This document shows, piece after piece, positions 32,985-45,700 of a DNA stretch of 64,000 nt. How positions within the stretch are numbered: position 1 is the first letter of the stretch; the number at the start of each line of letters is the position of its first letter. This DNA comes from Rebecca billardiae RCC1528 (lineage: Eukaryota > Protista > Haptophyta). A program made the position numbers and the translations under genes. The DNA is taken from positions 3,162,001 to 3,226,000 of the forward strand of contig OZ251226.1 in the NCBI GenBank assembly GCA_965240325.2, written 5' to 3'. The notes beneath the pieces are model-generated. The model ran no database searches, was not told where the DNA came from, and saw only the letters and a list, made by a program, of their open reading frames with translations.

Positions 32985-34154
32985 ATGTCGGCGGCGTCGG
33001 CCGGCGCGGGCGCGCTGCCGCCCGTCCCCGCGAACTGCGTCGTGACTGGCGGCAGTGGCTTCGTCGGCCAGCGTCTGGTTGAGATGCTCGTTGAACGTGG
33101 CGCCGCGCGCGTTGTCTCCTTCGACATTGCCCCACCGCCGCGCGACGCACTCGACGACGCTCGCGTGGAGTACGTGGTGGGCGACATCTCCAAGCTCGAG
33201 GACGTGGAGCAGGCGTGCAAGAGCGCAGACTGCGTGTGGCACGTCGCGGCCGCGGTCGGGCCGTACCACCCGGCCGAGCTCTACCTCGCCGTCAACCACC
33301 GCGGCACCCTGAACGTCGTCGAGGCCTGCAAGCGCGTCGGCTGCCGCAAGATTGTGATGAGCTCCTCGCCGAGCACGCGCTTCGACGGGAGCGACCTGGA
33401 CGGCGTGAGCGAGGACGAGCTGCCGGAGCTGCCCATGCGGAGCTATCTGCAGGAGTACGCCGAGTCCAAGGCGCTTGGCGAGCTCGCGCTGCGCCATGCG
33501 TGCTGCTCCGAGTTGATGACGGTCGCGGTGGCGCCGCACCAGGTGTACGGGCCGCGCGACACTCTCTTCCTCACCAACGTGCTGGAGGCGGCGGGGCTGG
33601 GCCGGCTGCGCGTCTTCGGCCGCGGCCGCAACCGCATCTGCTTCTCGTACGTCGACAACTACTGCCACGCGCTCATCATCGCCGAGCGCGCGCTCCGGCC
33701 CGGCTCGGCCGCGCTGGGCGGGTTCTACATCGTGACGGATGGTGAGACGCACACGTACGCGGAGGGGTACGACTACTTCTGGGAGGTGCTCGACCGCGCG
33801 ATCGTGGCGATGGGGTTCCCGTCGATCACGCGCAAGCTGCACCTGCCCGAGTGGCTGCTGTACGCGCTTGCGCACCTCTCGCAGTGGGCTGGCCGCCTGC
33901 TGGGCGTCAAGTTCAAGCTCAACCCATTCGCCGTGCGCGCCGCGACGATGCATCGATGGTTCAAAATCGATCGAGCGCGCCGCGACCTCGGCTACTCGCC
34001 GATCGTCCCGTACGCCGAGGGCTGGCGGCGCACGCACGAGTGGTTCCGCGAGCACTGGCTGCCAACCTTTGACCCGGACGCGGGCATGCGCATCGCCCAG
34101 CAGACGCGCACAAAGATCGGCCACCAGGAGCGCACCGCCGCCAGCACGCAGTGA
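32985..34154 (+). CDS. NSDHL: Sterol-4-alpha-carboxylate 3-dehydrogenase (NSDHL/ERG26-like 3-beta-HSD)
   Basis: VVTGGSGFVG Rossmann motif; VNHRGTLNVVEAC; YAESK catalytic YxxxK; PHQVYGPRD; FSYVDN; ARRDLGYSP. Confidence 0.85.
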   Translation: MSAASAGAGALPPVPANCVVTGGSGFVGQRLVEMLVERGAARVVSFDIAPPPRDALDDARVEYVVGDISKLEDVEQACKSADCVWHVAAAVGPYHPAELYLAVNHRGTLNVVEACKRVGCRKIVMSSSPSTRFDGSDLDGVSEDELPELPMRSYLQEYAESKALGELALRHACCSELMTVAVAPHQVYGPRDTLFLTNVLEAAGLGRLRVFGRGRNRICFSYVDNYCHALIIAERALRPGSAALGGFYIVTDGETHTYAEGYDYFWEVLDRAIVAMGFPSITRKLHLPEWLLYALAHLSQWAGRLLGVKFKLNPFAVRAATMHRWFKIDRARRDLGYSPIVPYAEGWRRTHEWFREHWLPTFDPDAGMRIAQQTRTKIGHQERTAASTQ

Positions 34155-34754
34155 GGCTACGTCTTGGCACCGCGCCTGCCATCTGCGGCCTGGCGGCGCA
34201 GCAAGCGGATCGTCTGATGCGGAAGCGCGTGGGCGTGCTGGTCACTGGTCAGCGCGGAGCGTGCACAGGCCTCGGGCTGGTACGACGTCCGGCGAGCCTG
34301 AGCTGACTGTTCGTCTCCGAGTGGGACCTCGCGGTCGGCTCGCTCTCGGCCTCTCACTCTGAGAGTCTGCCCTCTGGGCTGCCAGGCTGAATGGACGACA
34401 CTGGCATGCTATATTGCTTTTAGAAGCTTCTCCATCTCAGACTGTAAGCTACGCGTGGAGGACCACTTCAGACCCACAAGAACTTGCGACGCTGGGTAGT
34501 GCGACGCGCATGCTGCCACGCGGTCGCGCACGGCCCTCGGGCATGGCGGCGGCGCCCGCATGCGCACGGGCGCACGCGTGGGCGATCAATAATTAATTCG
34601 CCGCCCGAAGGCAGCGCTGATTTTGGCGCGCCGTGGATTCTGCTCGTCGGCAAAAAATCCTCAGGCTGCTGGGCCGACGTCGCTTCGAGTCGGGCCGGCC
34701 GGGAGCTCGGAGCACATCAGCGTAATCGACGTGCGCTGCCGGCGCCCGGCGGCG

Positions 34755-37014
34755 ATGAGGGCGTTGCGGCTGCTCTCGTGCGCACTCGTGGTATTGGGCG
34801 TGCACCTCCTGTGCGAGCCTGCCTCCACTTCGGCAGCTCCTGCGGCGCGCTGGTCGCGAGGGCTCTCGCATGGCGCCGTCAGCGTCGGCGTGCGGAGGCG
34901 AGCGTCGCGCGCTGCAGCGCCAGCGGTGAGGATGGGCATTCCAAAGTTCTTTGGCTGGCTGTGCGAGCGGTACCCGCTCTTAAAGGACCACCTCCGCGAC
35001 GGCCCGTCGGTGATCGAGCGCGAGTTTGACGCCTTCTACCTCGACATGAACGGCATCATCCACACGTGCACGCACGGCGACGACCTCGCGTTTGGCGAGC
35101 AGCTGGACGAGGAGAAGATGTTCCGGCGGATCCTGCAGTACACGGACCGGCTGGTGAGCCTGGTGCGCCCGCGAAAGGTCCTCTACCTCGCCATCGACGG
35201 CGTCGCCCCGCGCGCCAAGCTCAACCAGCAGCGCAGCCGCCGCTTCCGCGCGGCGCTCGAGAAGAACGCCGACCGCGACAAGCTGATCGAGATGGGGCAG
35301 CTGGGCTCGGACGAGAGCATCTTCGACTCGAACTGCATCACGCCGGGCACCGCGTTCCTCGCGCGCCTCGGCGAGGTGTACAAGCGCTGGATCGCGTACA
35401 AGGTCGAGAACGACCCCTCGTGGTCGCAGGGGCCGACCGTGATCTTCTCGGGCGCCGACTCGGCGGGCGAGGGCGAGCACAAGATCATGGACTACATCCG
35501 CGAGCAGCGCGACGAGCCCGGGTACGACCCGTCGATGCGGCACTGCTTCTACGGGCTCGACGCGGACCTCATCATGCTCGGCCTCGTCACGCACGAGAAG
35601 CACGTCTCGCTGCTGCGCGAGCGCCCACGCTTTGGGCGCGGCCAGCCGCAGCGCTCGCTGTGGGTGGGCGACCGGCTGCGGATGGGCGCGGACGACTTCC
35701 TCTGCCTCGACCTGGGCGTGCTGCGCCGCTCGCTCGCGCTGCCCAAGAGCGTGCGCGCGACGCTCCCGTTCGAGGCCGAGGAGCGCCGGCTGGTCGACGA
35801 CTTCGTGCTGATCTGCATGCTCGTGGGCAACGACTTCCTGCCCGGGCTGCCGCACCTGGACGTGGCGGAGGGCGCGCTCAACATGATGCTCAACTGCTAC
35901 TACAGGCTGCTGCCCGAGCTGGGCGGCTATCTGACCGACGGCTCGGAGCTGCACCTCGCGCGCTTCGAGCGGTACCTGCGCCAGCTCGGCGCGTTCGAGG
36001 AGGCGCACTTCGCCGTGCGCGCGAAGAAGGAGCCGTGGGTGGACGACCTGCCGCGCTACCAGGACGCGTACTACCGGACCAAGTTTGGGCTGGCGGAGGG
36101 GGACACGGGCGCGCGCCGCCAGGCGGTGGCCGACTACATGCGCGGGCTGCAGTGGTGCCTGCAGTACTACCACGACGGCTGCTGCTCGTGGACGTGGTGC
36201 GCCTGCGCGCGGCACGCCGTCGCCGCCGCCCCGCGCGAGGGAGGCCGTGCGTGGGCGCCGCCGCTCGCGCCGTGGACGCACGCACGCGTGACCCGACACT
36301 CCGCGCCCGACCGGCACGCGCCGCGCGCGCCCGTCGTGCCGCGCCTCGGCGGTGGCTCGCGCCGCGCGCGCGCGCGCCACGCAGGTACTACCCGGACTTT
36401 TACGCGCCGCTCGTGTCGGACTTGGTGGGGCTCGAGTCCCTCAAGATCTCCTTCGCGATGGGCAAGCCGCTCTCGCCGCTCGTGCAGTTGCTCGCCGTAC
36501 TGCCGCCCGAGTCGAAGCAGCTGCTGCCACAGCCGTACCAAGCGCTCATGATGGTGCGCGCGCGGCCACGGACAGCGCACCAGCCAGCCGCCGCGCCGCA
36601 CTGGCACGCCGCGCGTGAGCGCGCGCGCGGCCGAGTGCCCACGCGCCTGATTCCCCCCGGCCCGTTGCTCCGCTCGGCGCGTCGCAGGAGACCGAGTCGC
36701 GGCTGATCGACGGGTACCCGACCTTCTTTGAGGTGGACCAGAACGGCAAGCAGCGCGAGTGGGAGGCCACCTCGCTCATCCCCTTCCTCGACGAGGAGAC
36801 GCTGCACGCGTCGGCCGCGTCGATCGGGGACGAGCAGCTCTCGCCCATAGAGGCCAAGCGCAACCGGCACGGAGAGTCGGTCCGCTTCGTACCGACGGGC
36901 AAGCCGCCGCCTGGCATGGAGGATTCGGCCCAAGCCAATCCGCCTCGTGCGCGCAAGCCGTCGGCACCTCCCGCGAGCAAACAACGTGTGGTGAAGGGAC
37001 ACCAGGCCGGCTGA
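34755..37014 (+). CDS. XRN: XRN-family 5'-3' exoribonuclease (645 aa, nuclease core only) with 59-aa N-terminal presequence. Exons 34755-36196, 36385-36553, 36688-37014
   Basis: MGIPKFFGWLCERYP, YLDMNGIIH, IDGVAPRAKLNQQRSRRF, FDSNCITPGT, GEGEHKIMDYIR, YGLDADLIMLGL, VGNDFLP, SWTWYYPDFYAP, QLLAVLPP, DQNGKQREWEA. GT-AG introns 36197-36384 and 36554-36687 restore the frame. Confidence 0.93.
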
Positions 37015-37339
37015 GCAGTGAGCACGCGTGAGGACAGGTCAGATCGCAGGCCGATGGCGTAGTCCTGTAGCTACAGCATGTCCCGCGCGCGGCCGGACGG
37101 GCGCTCCACCCGTCTCAGTGGAGCCAAGGCCCGGCGAGATCTCGGATCGGGGGCGATGCCGCTGCCATCGTGAAAATCAGACGACGAGGACTTGCTCCAT
37201 CAAGTTCCGTCACCCAGCGCAATCAGGCTCTCTTTCATCACTTTCACTTTGTTCAGGCTGCCCGGCTCACTTCACAGCGCGAAGAGCGGCGAAGCTCGAG
37301 TGGCTGGCGGACGGGCCGCCGGGCCCCGCGTCAGGAAGC

Positions 37340-40300
37340 ATGTCGACGGTAGTGGAGAAGATCCTCGACCGCTTCTCGACGGTGCTCGACATCAACCAGG
37401 CGACGCTCAGCGGCGCGATCGACATCCTCGTCGTCGAACAGCCCGACGGCACGCTCCGCTCCACTCCGTTCCACGTGCGGTTTGGCAAGCTCGAGATTCT
37501 CAAGCCGCGCGACAAGGTGGTGCACATCGCGGTGAATGGGGAGCCCGTCGATTTCATCATGCGCATGGGATCCTCAGGCGAGTGCTTCTTCGTCGACGAC
37601 AACATCGACGGCCTGGGCGAGGAGTCCGACGGTGGCACGTCAGCGGCGGACGACGAGCGCTCGCTGCCGTCGGCCACGTCCAGTCCGCGCAGCGTGCCGG
37701 ACGGCAGCGACTGGGGCCCGGACGGGCCGATGATGCCGTCGCGCCTCGAGCTGCCCGCGCCGAAGATGGGCGCGCAGGACGACGCCGCCGCGCGCGGGGG
37801 CAAGCAGCCACGGCGCTCGCGCTCGATCATGGAGTGGGCGTGGGGTGGGCTGCCGAGCAAGACGCGCCACTCGCGCCGCGACGCAAAGGCATCGCACGTG
37901 ACGCTCGAGCAGCTCGAGACGTACCTCAACGAGATCGGCGCGGAGGCCGAGCTCGCCAACTCGGCGCAGCTCGCCGGTGCCCTCGCCGCCACGTCGGACG
38001 CGGCCCAGAAGTCCGCCGCGGGCGTGTGCGTGCGGCTGCACCCCGCGGCTGACGGTGTGCGCTGGGCTGTGGAGATACGCCCAGCGGACGAGGCGGCGGA
38101 CGCGCACACGCAGGCGGCGTCGGTGGCGTCGAGCAGCGCGCCGCCTTCGGGGGTGCTCGCGCCGGCGCAGATGCCGATGGGCGCCTCGGCCTCGGCGCTC
38201 TCGCTGCCGCCGGCGCACGCGGACGCGGCCGGCGCGGAACAGCCAGGCAGTGGGCACGCGCTGCGCGGCGCTCCCGCCGTCTCCATTCAGATCTCACGCG
38301 AGGAGTCGCGCGACTCGAAGGGCGTGCTCGCCTCGCTCGAGCGCTCGGAGAGCGAGCTGAGCTCGACCACGCCCTCTCGAAGCGCGGGCGCGCGCGCTCC
38401 TGCCAGCGGCAGCGGATTCCAGCCACCGCCGGCCTCGCACGCACCGCCCGACGCGCCGCCGCCCGACGCCACGCCGGGCGGCGGCGGCAGCGGAGAGGTC
38501 GTCGTCGAGTTCTCGCTCTGCGGGGCGGAGCTGGACGCGGCGCTCGAGAGCGTGAGCGCGCCGAGCGCCTCGCCGTGGGCGCACCCCGAGCAACGCAGCG
38601 TCAGCGCCGCCACCGCCTCTGGGCCCGCCGCGGACGGCGCCTCCGCGGCCGCGCCGGAAGCGCCTGCCGTGCCAGCGCCGGCGGCGCCGCGATACGGGGC
38701 GCCGGCCGTGCGCGCGTGCTTCGACGCTGCGCGCATCTCGCGCGACGCGTTCCTCGCCTCGCCCGGGCTCGCGGTCGACCCGCGCATGCGCGTGCGCATC
38801 GGCGACGACGTGCTCCGCTGGGACGCGGCGGCGCCGCTGCTCGCCGCCCTCGCCGCGTTCGGCCGGCTGCCTGAGCAGCCGGCGCCGCCGGGGCAGGCTG
38901 CGGCCGCGGCTGCGGCCGCCGCCGCGGGCCAGGCGGGCGCCACAGGCTCGCCCGCGGCCGCCGGCGCCGACGCTCGCGGGCCGGGCGTGGGCCGCACGCC
39001 GTCGGAGGAGCGTCCCATCTCGGGGAGCAGCAGCGGCGGCTGGCGCTGGTTCGGCTGGGGCGGGAGCAGCGCAACCGCATCGCCCATGGTGGGCGCGACG
39101 GCGGCCGTGCCGCCGCCGAGCGTGCAGCCGCCCACGCCTACGCTCGCGTCGAGCGCTGCCGTCGAGCCCTCCTCCTCCTCCGGCTCTGTCCTCTCCGCTG
39201 CGGCCTCCGCCGCGGCGTCGGCCGCGGCGTCGGCCGGAGCCTCGGCGCAGAGTGCAGGGAGCGGCACGGCGGGCAGCTCCCCGCGCGTGGGCGAGATCGC
39301 GCCGCCCACGCCGCCGGCGCGGCCGCAGTCCTCGCCGGACAAGCGGCCGACGCCGACGCGCACGCGCGCGCCCGCGCGGCGCAAGGGCATCCGCCTGAGC
39401 CACGAGCAGCTCGCGTCGCTGCAGCTGCGCCCCGGGCAGAACACGATCACGTTCTCCGTGCACTCGTCGCTGCAGGGCACGCAGATGGTCTCCGCCGCCA
39501 TCTACCGCTGGGAGTCCCGCTCCAAGATCGTGATCTCGGACGTGGACGGCACGATCACGCGCTCGGACGTGCTCGGGCACGTGATGCCGCGCGTGGGCTT
39601 CGACTGGTCGCACTCGGGCGTGACGGCGCTGTACTCGCGGCTGCGGGACAACGGGTACCACCTCCTGTACCTCACCTCGAGGGGCATCGGCCAGTCCGTC
39701 TCCACGCGCGAGTACCTGATGGGCGTGCAGCAGGGCGAGACCAGCCTGCCGGACGGGCCGATCTTCATGAGCCCCACGCGGCTGATTGAGTCCTTCACGC
39801 GCGAGGTGATCTGGCGCAACCCGGAGGAGTTCAAGCGCGCGTGCCTCGAGGACATCCGCTCGCTCTTCCCGACGGACTTCAACCCGTTCTACGCGGGCTT
39901 CGGGAACCGGCGCTCCGACCAGGTCGCGTACAGCGCGGTCGGCGTGCCCGAGAGCCGCATCCTCATCATCAACTCGCAGGTGCGCGCGCACGCCGAGCGC
40001 TCACGTCGGCGCGCGCTGCGCGCAGCCCCGGCCGCGTTGTGGGCGCCGGAGCTGTGCGGCCTCACGCTGCCCCACTCGCGCGCGCGCGCGTCCGCAGGGC
40101 GTGATCACGCACACGAACCGGACGTACCTCAAGTCGTACCCGATGCTGCTGGAGCTCGTGCAGCACATGTTCCCGCCGATCGACACGCGCGACAGCCTGA
40201 GCGTGCTCGAGGCGCAGCAGGACTTTAACGCGTTCAACTACTGGCGCGCGCCGATCAGCGCGTTCCCGGACTCGTCCGACGACGACACGCACGAGGACGA

Positions 40301-40346
40301 GGACGGCGAGCTCGAAGGGGCCGTCGCCATGTACGGCTCGATTTGA
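37340..40346 (+). CDS. LPIN: Lipin / phosphatidate phosphatase. Exons 37340-39979, 40098-40346
   Basis: N-LIP INQATLSGAIDILVV...STPFHVRFGK. C-LIP KIVISDVDGTITRSDVLGH (DxDGT), FYAGFGNR, FNAFNYWR. Intron 39980-40097. Confidence 0.96.
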
Positions 40347-41745
40347 CATGACTACCGCCATGCGATACGGACTTCCTCGTATAGAAGTCGTTGGCCGACT
40401 GGACGACGACGTCATCGACCTGGGCCTCATCCGGTGGTAACTCCGGTCACCGAGACCGGAGTCGGAGTCGCCGAGTCCAGCGTCGTGGCTGCGGTGGACC
40501 GTGGTTGGCATCGCGTCGCCAATGGTGGTGTCTGATGAGCGATGGCAGTTGTCGTCGCAGTGCCGCAGTGCCGCCAGTCTGACGCGCGGCGCGCGCGGTA
40601 GCGACTAACGGCCACGAAGCGGATGACAAGTACGTTGGCCCCCGTCCGCCCCCGTGGGCGTGCGCCGATGTGGATCATGATATGGCCACTTTGGCCAGCA
40701 GCACGACCGTTGTCCCGCGAGTTCGGACCATCACACGTGTACTATATAGCTATATATATACTTATTGCCGCCTGCTCGGATGCCGACTACGCTCACATCA
40801 TTCTCAGACTGCGCCCCGGCCGATCAGTAGGCTCACACTGCTGGCGCGATCATCCGGATACTCCGCCAGCAGCCCGTGATGACGATCGATGAGCAGCACG
40901 GCAGCGGCGCACGGGCTGCCGGGCCCGCGGCCGGGGTCCGGGCCTCACGGACTAGTTATTTATACAAGACACCGTTCACTCGTTGGCGTTACAGTTATTA
41001 GTTAGACGTAGTTAGTGGCGTTACTGAATGAAGTAGCGCGCACCGCCGTTGTAGCGCAGTATATATATATATATAGAGACTCAGCAGCTAGCGCAGTCGT
41101 CTCGACTTCCGATCGATCGTCGCCGCCCCACCGCCTGCAGTCATAATCATTTGCCACACTGCCGACTGCGGGCGTCATGCTGAGACTATAATGATGAGTA
41201 CTGATGTATGACCGCCCTCTGTCCCGCCCTGAGAGTGCCTTCTGACTCCGCCGAGTGCGTGGCCCGCGGCGCCGGCCGCAGTCATCACCGTTCCGGGTTA
41301 GTATAGCAGCTAAATATAAAATTCTACGCGTGCACGCCATGATGATGACTTATTATTGACTACACGGAGTACTCGCGGCCCGATGAGTAGTGATGTGATC
41401 GGATTGATTCGTTCGGACTCAGCCTACGAAGTACGATATATATATATATATATACTACATATCATCAATGACTAGACTACTCGATCATCGGATGCGGTCC
41501 GCGATGGAGCAGCGCATCAGTCCGCACGCAGATCGATATCGTCCGCCGCGGAACGAACAAAAGTACGATATGCGAATTGATGACGACCAGACACGCGCGT
41601 GCTCACTGTGATGTACTGTCAGGCTGTAGTCAGTAGTGTAACTACTAACTCAACGTACGCCACAGGGCCTGCCTGATGGCGGCGGCGTACTCGGTAGTCT
41701 TGTCAGAACTCAGCCTGTGCAGAATGCGAACCGCCTCATGCGAGC

Positions 41746-42594
41746 TCAGAATACGGAGGACAGGGAGCTCTCCTTCAGCTTGACGCCCTTGTAGTACCCG
41801 GCGGGCGTGCGCTCAGCGCGGCCCCATCGGCGCATCATCAGCTCGATGTCGGCATCGCTGATCTTGTCCGACGCTGCCCTGTACTTAGGGTAGTACAGGC
41901 GGTACGCGCGCACCACGTCTGACTCGTGGCAACTCGCCGTGGGGACGAGCTCGAGCAGCTCCGCGGCGAACACCTCGAACTCGTCGCGACGCTCCATCCG
42001 CGCCGCGTTCTCCGCGCGCGACTCGAGCCTAGGCCGGATCACCTCGAAGAAGGCGGCCGCGATTGCAAACGTGCCGGAGAGCGAGAGCACGAAGCTCGTC
42101 GAGTTGTCCAGCGCGAGGAGGAGGAGGCGCTCGACGAGCAGGCCTCCGAGCGCGAAGGAGGCCACGACGCCGAGCTGCACGCCCAGTGGCACGTCGTACT
42201 CGTACCCCTCCGCCGCGTCCCTGGCCCACTGCTCGTCGCGCGCCCCTACCACGGCTGCGATCGCCAGCGCCACCCAGCGCGATGGGCGGACGTCAGTGCC
42301 GATGCCGAGCGGGGCGAGCCACGGGCCTGGGCCCACGGCGAGCGCGATGGCAAGCAGCACGGCCCCGATGGCGTCTGCCGCCCCCACGTGCAGCAGGACA
42401 TCGGCTGCAGATGTGGGCATATTTGCTCGCGAGAGCGCGTCCGCGCGTTGGCGCACGGCCGCGCCCGCATCCACGGTCGGCGCGCCGGCTTGGAAGCCGA
42501 CGGCGAAGGGCTCTGCCATGCGCACCAGAGTGCGGGCGACGCGCGGCGCTGCGAGGCACGCCCCGCGCGCCGTCGGAACTCCGATCGGGCGCAT
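41746..42594 (-). CDS. Hypothetical membrane protein (3-4 TM) with transit-peptide-like N-terminus and C-terminal winged-helix-like domain
   Basis: ATG 42594; Arg/Ala-rich leader ending RTLVRM; hydrophobic helices; soluble tail CHESDVVRAYRLYY...RTPAGYYKGVKLK. Confidence 0.7.
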   Translation of the reverse strand: MRPIGVPTARGACLAAPRVARTLVRMAEPFAVGFQAGAPTVDAGAAVRQRADALSRANMPTSAADVLLHVGAADAIGAVLLAIALAVGPGPWLAPLGIGTDVRPSRWVALAIAAVVGARDEQWARDAAEGYEYDVPLGVQLGVVASFALGGLLVERLLLLALDNSTSFVLSLSGTFAIAAAFFEVIRPRLESRAENAARMERRDEFEVFAAELLELVPTASCHESDVVRAYRLYYPKYRAASDKISDADIELMMRRWGRAERTPAGYYKGVKLKESSLSSVF

Positions 42595-42797
42595 GGCGGA
42601 CAAGGTGCGTGAAGATGACTTTCGCGCGTGTTCTCTCGACCGACTGGCAGAACTACTGTGCTGGCATCCTCCGTGGAGATGCTGTGTGACAACGTGCTTG
42701 GCCTTTGGCGCTTTGCTGAGCGGACCGCCGCCGCCATCCTGAATTTCTCGGTCGGCCCTGGCCCGCCTGGGTGAGAGCGAGCCCACGCGCGCGGGCC

Positions 42798-45700
42798 ATG
42801 TTCTCGTGGCTCCTGGGCTCGGGGCAGAGCATCCCCTATGAGTTCGGGGACGAGGACGAGGACTTCACAGGCAAGACCATCTGGAAGCTACGTGCCGGCA
42901 AGGACAAGAAGGCAAGCGCCGCGGCACCCGCGGCACGCGCGCGCAGCGAGCGGTGCGCGCGCATGCTGCGCGCGCGCGCGCGTGCGCTCAGACGTTGCGG
43001 GTGTGCGCGTCCTCGCGCTCGCCGGCCGATTCGTGTGCGCAGGACGGCAGCCCTGTCTCCATCTTCGTCTTCGACCTCGCCAACCGCTCGGAGACGGAGA
43101 AGGAGGCCGCGCGCAACGCGCTGAAGCGGTGCAAGACCATCAAGCACCCGTACATTGTGCGCTTCGTGGACGGCGCGGAGATGGCGGACAACAAGGGCGG
43201 CGGCATGCTGTACATCGTGACCGAGCCGATCTCGCCCCTCGAGCCCGAGCTCAAGCGCGAGGGCGGGCTGCCCCAGCCCGCGCTCGCGTGGGGCCTGCGC
43301 TCGATCGTGTCGGCCGTCGCGTTCCTGCACAAGGGCGGCATGATGCACGCGAACGTGCACCTCTCGTCCATCTTCGTGAACAAGGCGGGGGACTGGAAGC
43401 TGTCGGGGCTCGAGCTCGTGTGCTCCCCGCACACTGGCGGCGCCGACGCGCTCGGCGCCGTCAAGGAGCTGCTGCCGCGCAAGCTGCAGTCGCCCGAGCT
43501 CGCGCGCGGCCAGCTGGCTGTGCTCGAGCAGGCGGACGCGGGCGTCACCGACTCGTGGCTGCTGGGCGTGCTGGTGTACGAGGTGTTCAACGGGCGGCTG
43601 GAGCGGGCGGAGCAGCTGAAGAACACGACGCGCCTCCCGCCCGCGCTCGTCAAGCACTACACCCAGCTCCTCTCCGGCACGGCGCCGACGCGGCTGCGCG
43701 CGGCCGAGCTGCTGGGCAACGCTTTCCTCAACCACGCGTACTGCGGCACGCAGGAGTTCGTCGAGAACCTGAACGTGCAGGACGCGGCGGAGAAGGAGCG
43801 CTTCTTCGCGACGCTGACCGAGCACGTGTCCGAGATCCCGCCCGCCGCCGCCAAGTACAAGTTCCTCCCCGCGCTCATCCAGAACCTCGAGTACGGCGGC
43901 GGGTCGGCGCGCATCCTGACGCCGATGCTGCACATCGCAAAGGCGCTGAGCGAAGACGAGTTCCAGCGGCAGGTCGTGCCGATCGTGAGCAAGCTGTTCG
44001 CGAACAACGACCGGGCGATGCGGATGCCGCTGCTCGAGCTGCTCCCCTCCTTCGTCGCCTCCGTCCCCGAGCGCGTGCTCAACGAGAACATCTTCCCCTC
44101 GATGTGCAACGGCTTTGTCGACGCGTCGGCGCAGCTGCGCGAGATGACGGTCAAGGCGATGGTGCCGCTCGCGCCGCGGCTCAACCAGCGCTCGCTGGGG
44201 CACGTGCTGCGCGCGTTCGCCAACCTGCAGCGCGACGAGGAGGCCGCGATCCGCACCAACACCACCATCTGCCTCGGCAAGATCACGCAGTACCTCGACC
44301 CGACCTCGCGGCAGCGCGTGCTGATCGCGGCGTTCAGCCGCGCGCTGCTCGACCCGTTCCCGCCCGCGCGGCGCGCGGGCGCGCTCTCGCTCGCCGCGAC
44401 GCAGAGCTTCCACTCGGCGGCGGACTGCGCGCGCAAGATCGTGCCCGCCGTGGCGCCGCTCGCGATCGACCCCGACCCCGACGTGCGCAAGGCCGCGCTC
44501 CAGTGCCTCGCCGTGTACATGGCGAAGCTGGACGGCGAGTCGCGCCGGATGGCGGCGCGCGACGCGGGCGAGGAGGAGCCCAGTGTGCCGGACGCGATGG
44601 CCGTCGCGACCAACGTGGCGCAGGAGTCGGTGATGGAGAGCATGACGTGGGTCTCGTCGATGCTGGGCAAGGTGGGCCTCTCGGCCGCCGCCGCCGCCGC
44701 CGCCAAGGCCGCCGAGGCCGCCAAGGCCGCGAGCGCCAAGCCCAAGGAGGCGGACCCCTCGAAGCCGGCCATGCTCACGCCCACGCCCGCCGCGCCCGCG
44801 CCCGCGCCCACGCCGGCTGCGCCCACGCCGGCGTGCGGCGGTGGCGCGGGCGGCGATGGGATGGGCGTCGGCGCGGGCGCGGCGGGGAAGCCGCCCATGC
44901 AGCCAGCCGCGCCGCCCATGCAGCCGGCTGCCACCGCCCGACCGCCACAGCCCGCAGGTGCGAGCGCGCGCCGCGCTCGCTCCCGCACGCGCGCCGCCGC
45001 CCTCGAGCGCGCGCGCCGCCCCAGCGCGACCTCTCACCGGCCTGCCCCCGCGCGCGGCGCGTCCCTGCCGTGCGCGCTCGCAGCGCCGCCGAATGTCAAC
45101 GCGGGGGGCGTATCCAGCTCCAACCTGAGCGACCTGCTCGGCGACGCGGACTTCGACACGGCGTTCAGCGAGCCGTTTGCGCCGCCGCCCGCGCCGCCCG
45201 CAGGCCAGGGCACGCCGGTCGCGGCCGGCGGCGCCAGCGGCGGTCTCGCGCGCGCGGACAGCGGAGCGAGCGGCGGTGGAGCCACGCCCGCCAAGCCGGC
45301 GAAGCTGGCCGCGCACAAGGTGCGCTTGGCTCGCACCCGTCGCGAACCGCGCTCGCTCCGCGCGCGCCGACGGCTGCTCACGCGCGCGCGCGCGCGCTGG
45401 CGTGCGCCTGTGTACCCCGCGCGCAGGCGTCGGCCGAGTGGGCGGCGGACGACGACTTCTTCGCCGACTTCAACAAGCCCGTGGCGAGCGGCAAGCCGGG
45501 CGCGGCGCCGAGCGGCGCGATGGGCTCGATGGGCTGTGGCAGCACGGGGGGCATGGCGCCGTCGCTTACGCCGCCACCCCGCCCGCCGCCGTCGCAGCCG
45601 GGCCAGCCCATGCTGACGCCGCCGCCGCCTGCGCCGCAAGCCGGCCAGGGCGGCGCGCAGCCCGCCGGCATGCAGCTGGGGCAGCAGCAGCAGCAGCAGC

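Noticed and set aside
1599-45083. Stop-free in-frame (3n) introns
   Set aside because: 5 of 13 inferred introns are 3n, close to the one-third expected. Lack of stops follows from GC content.
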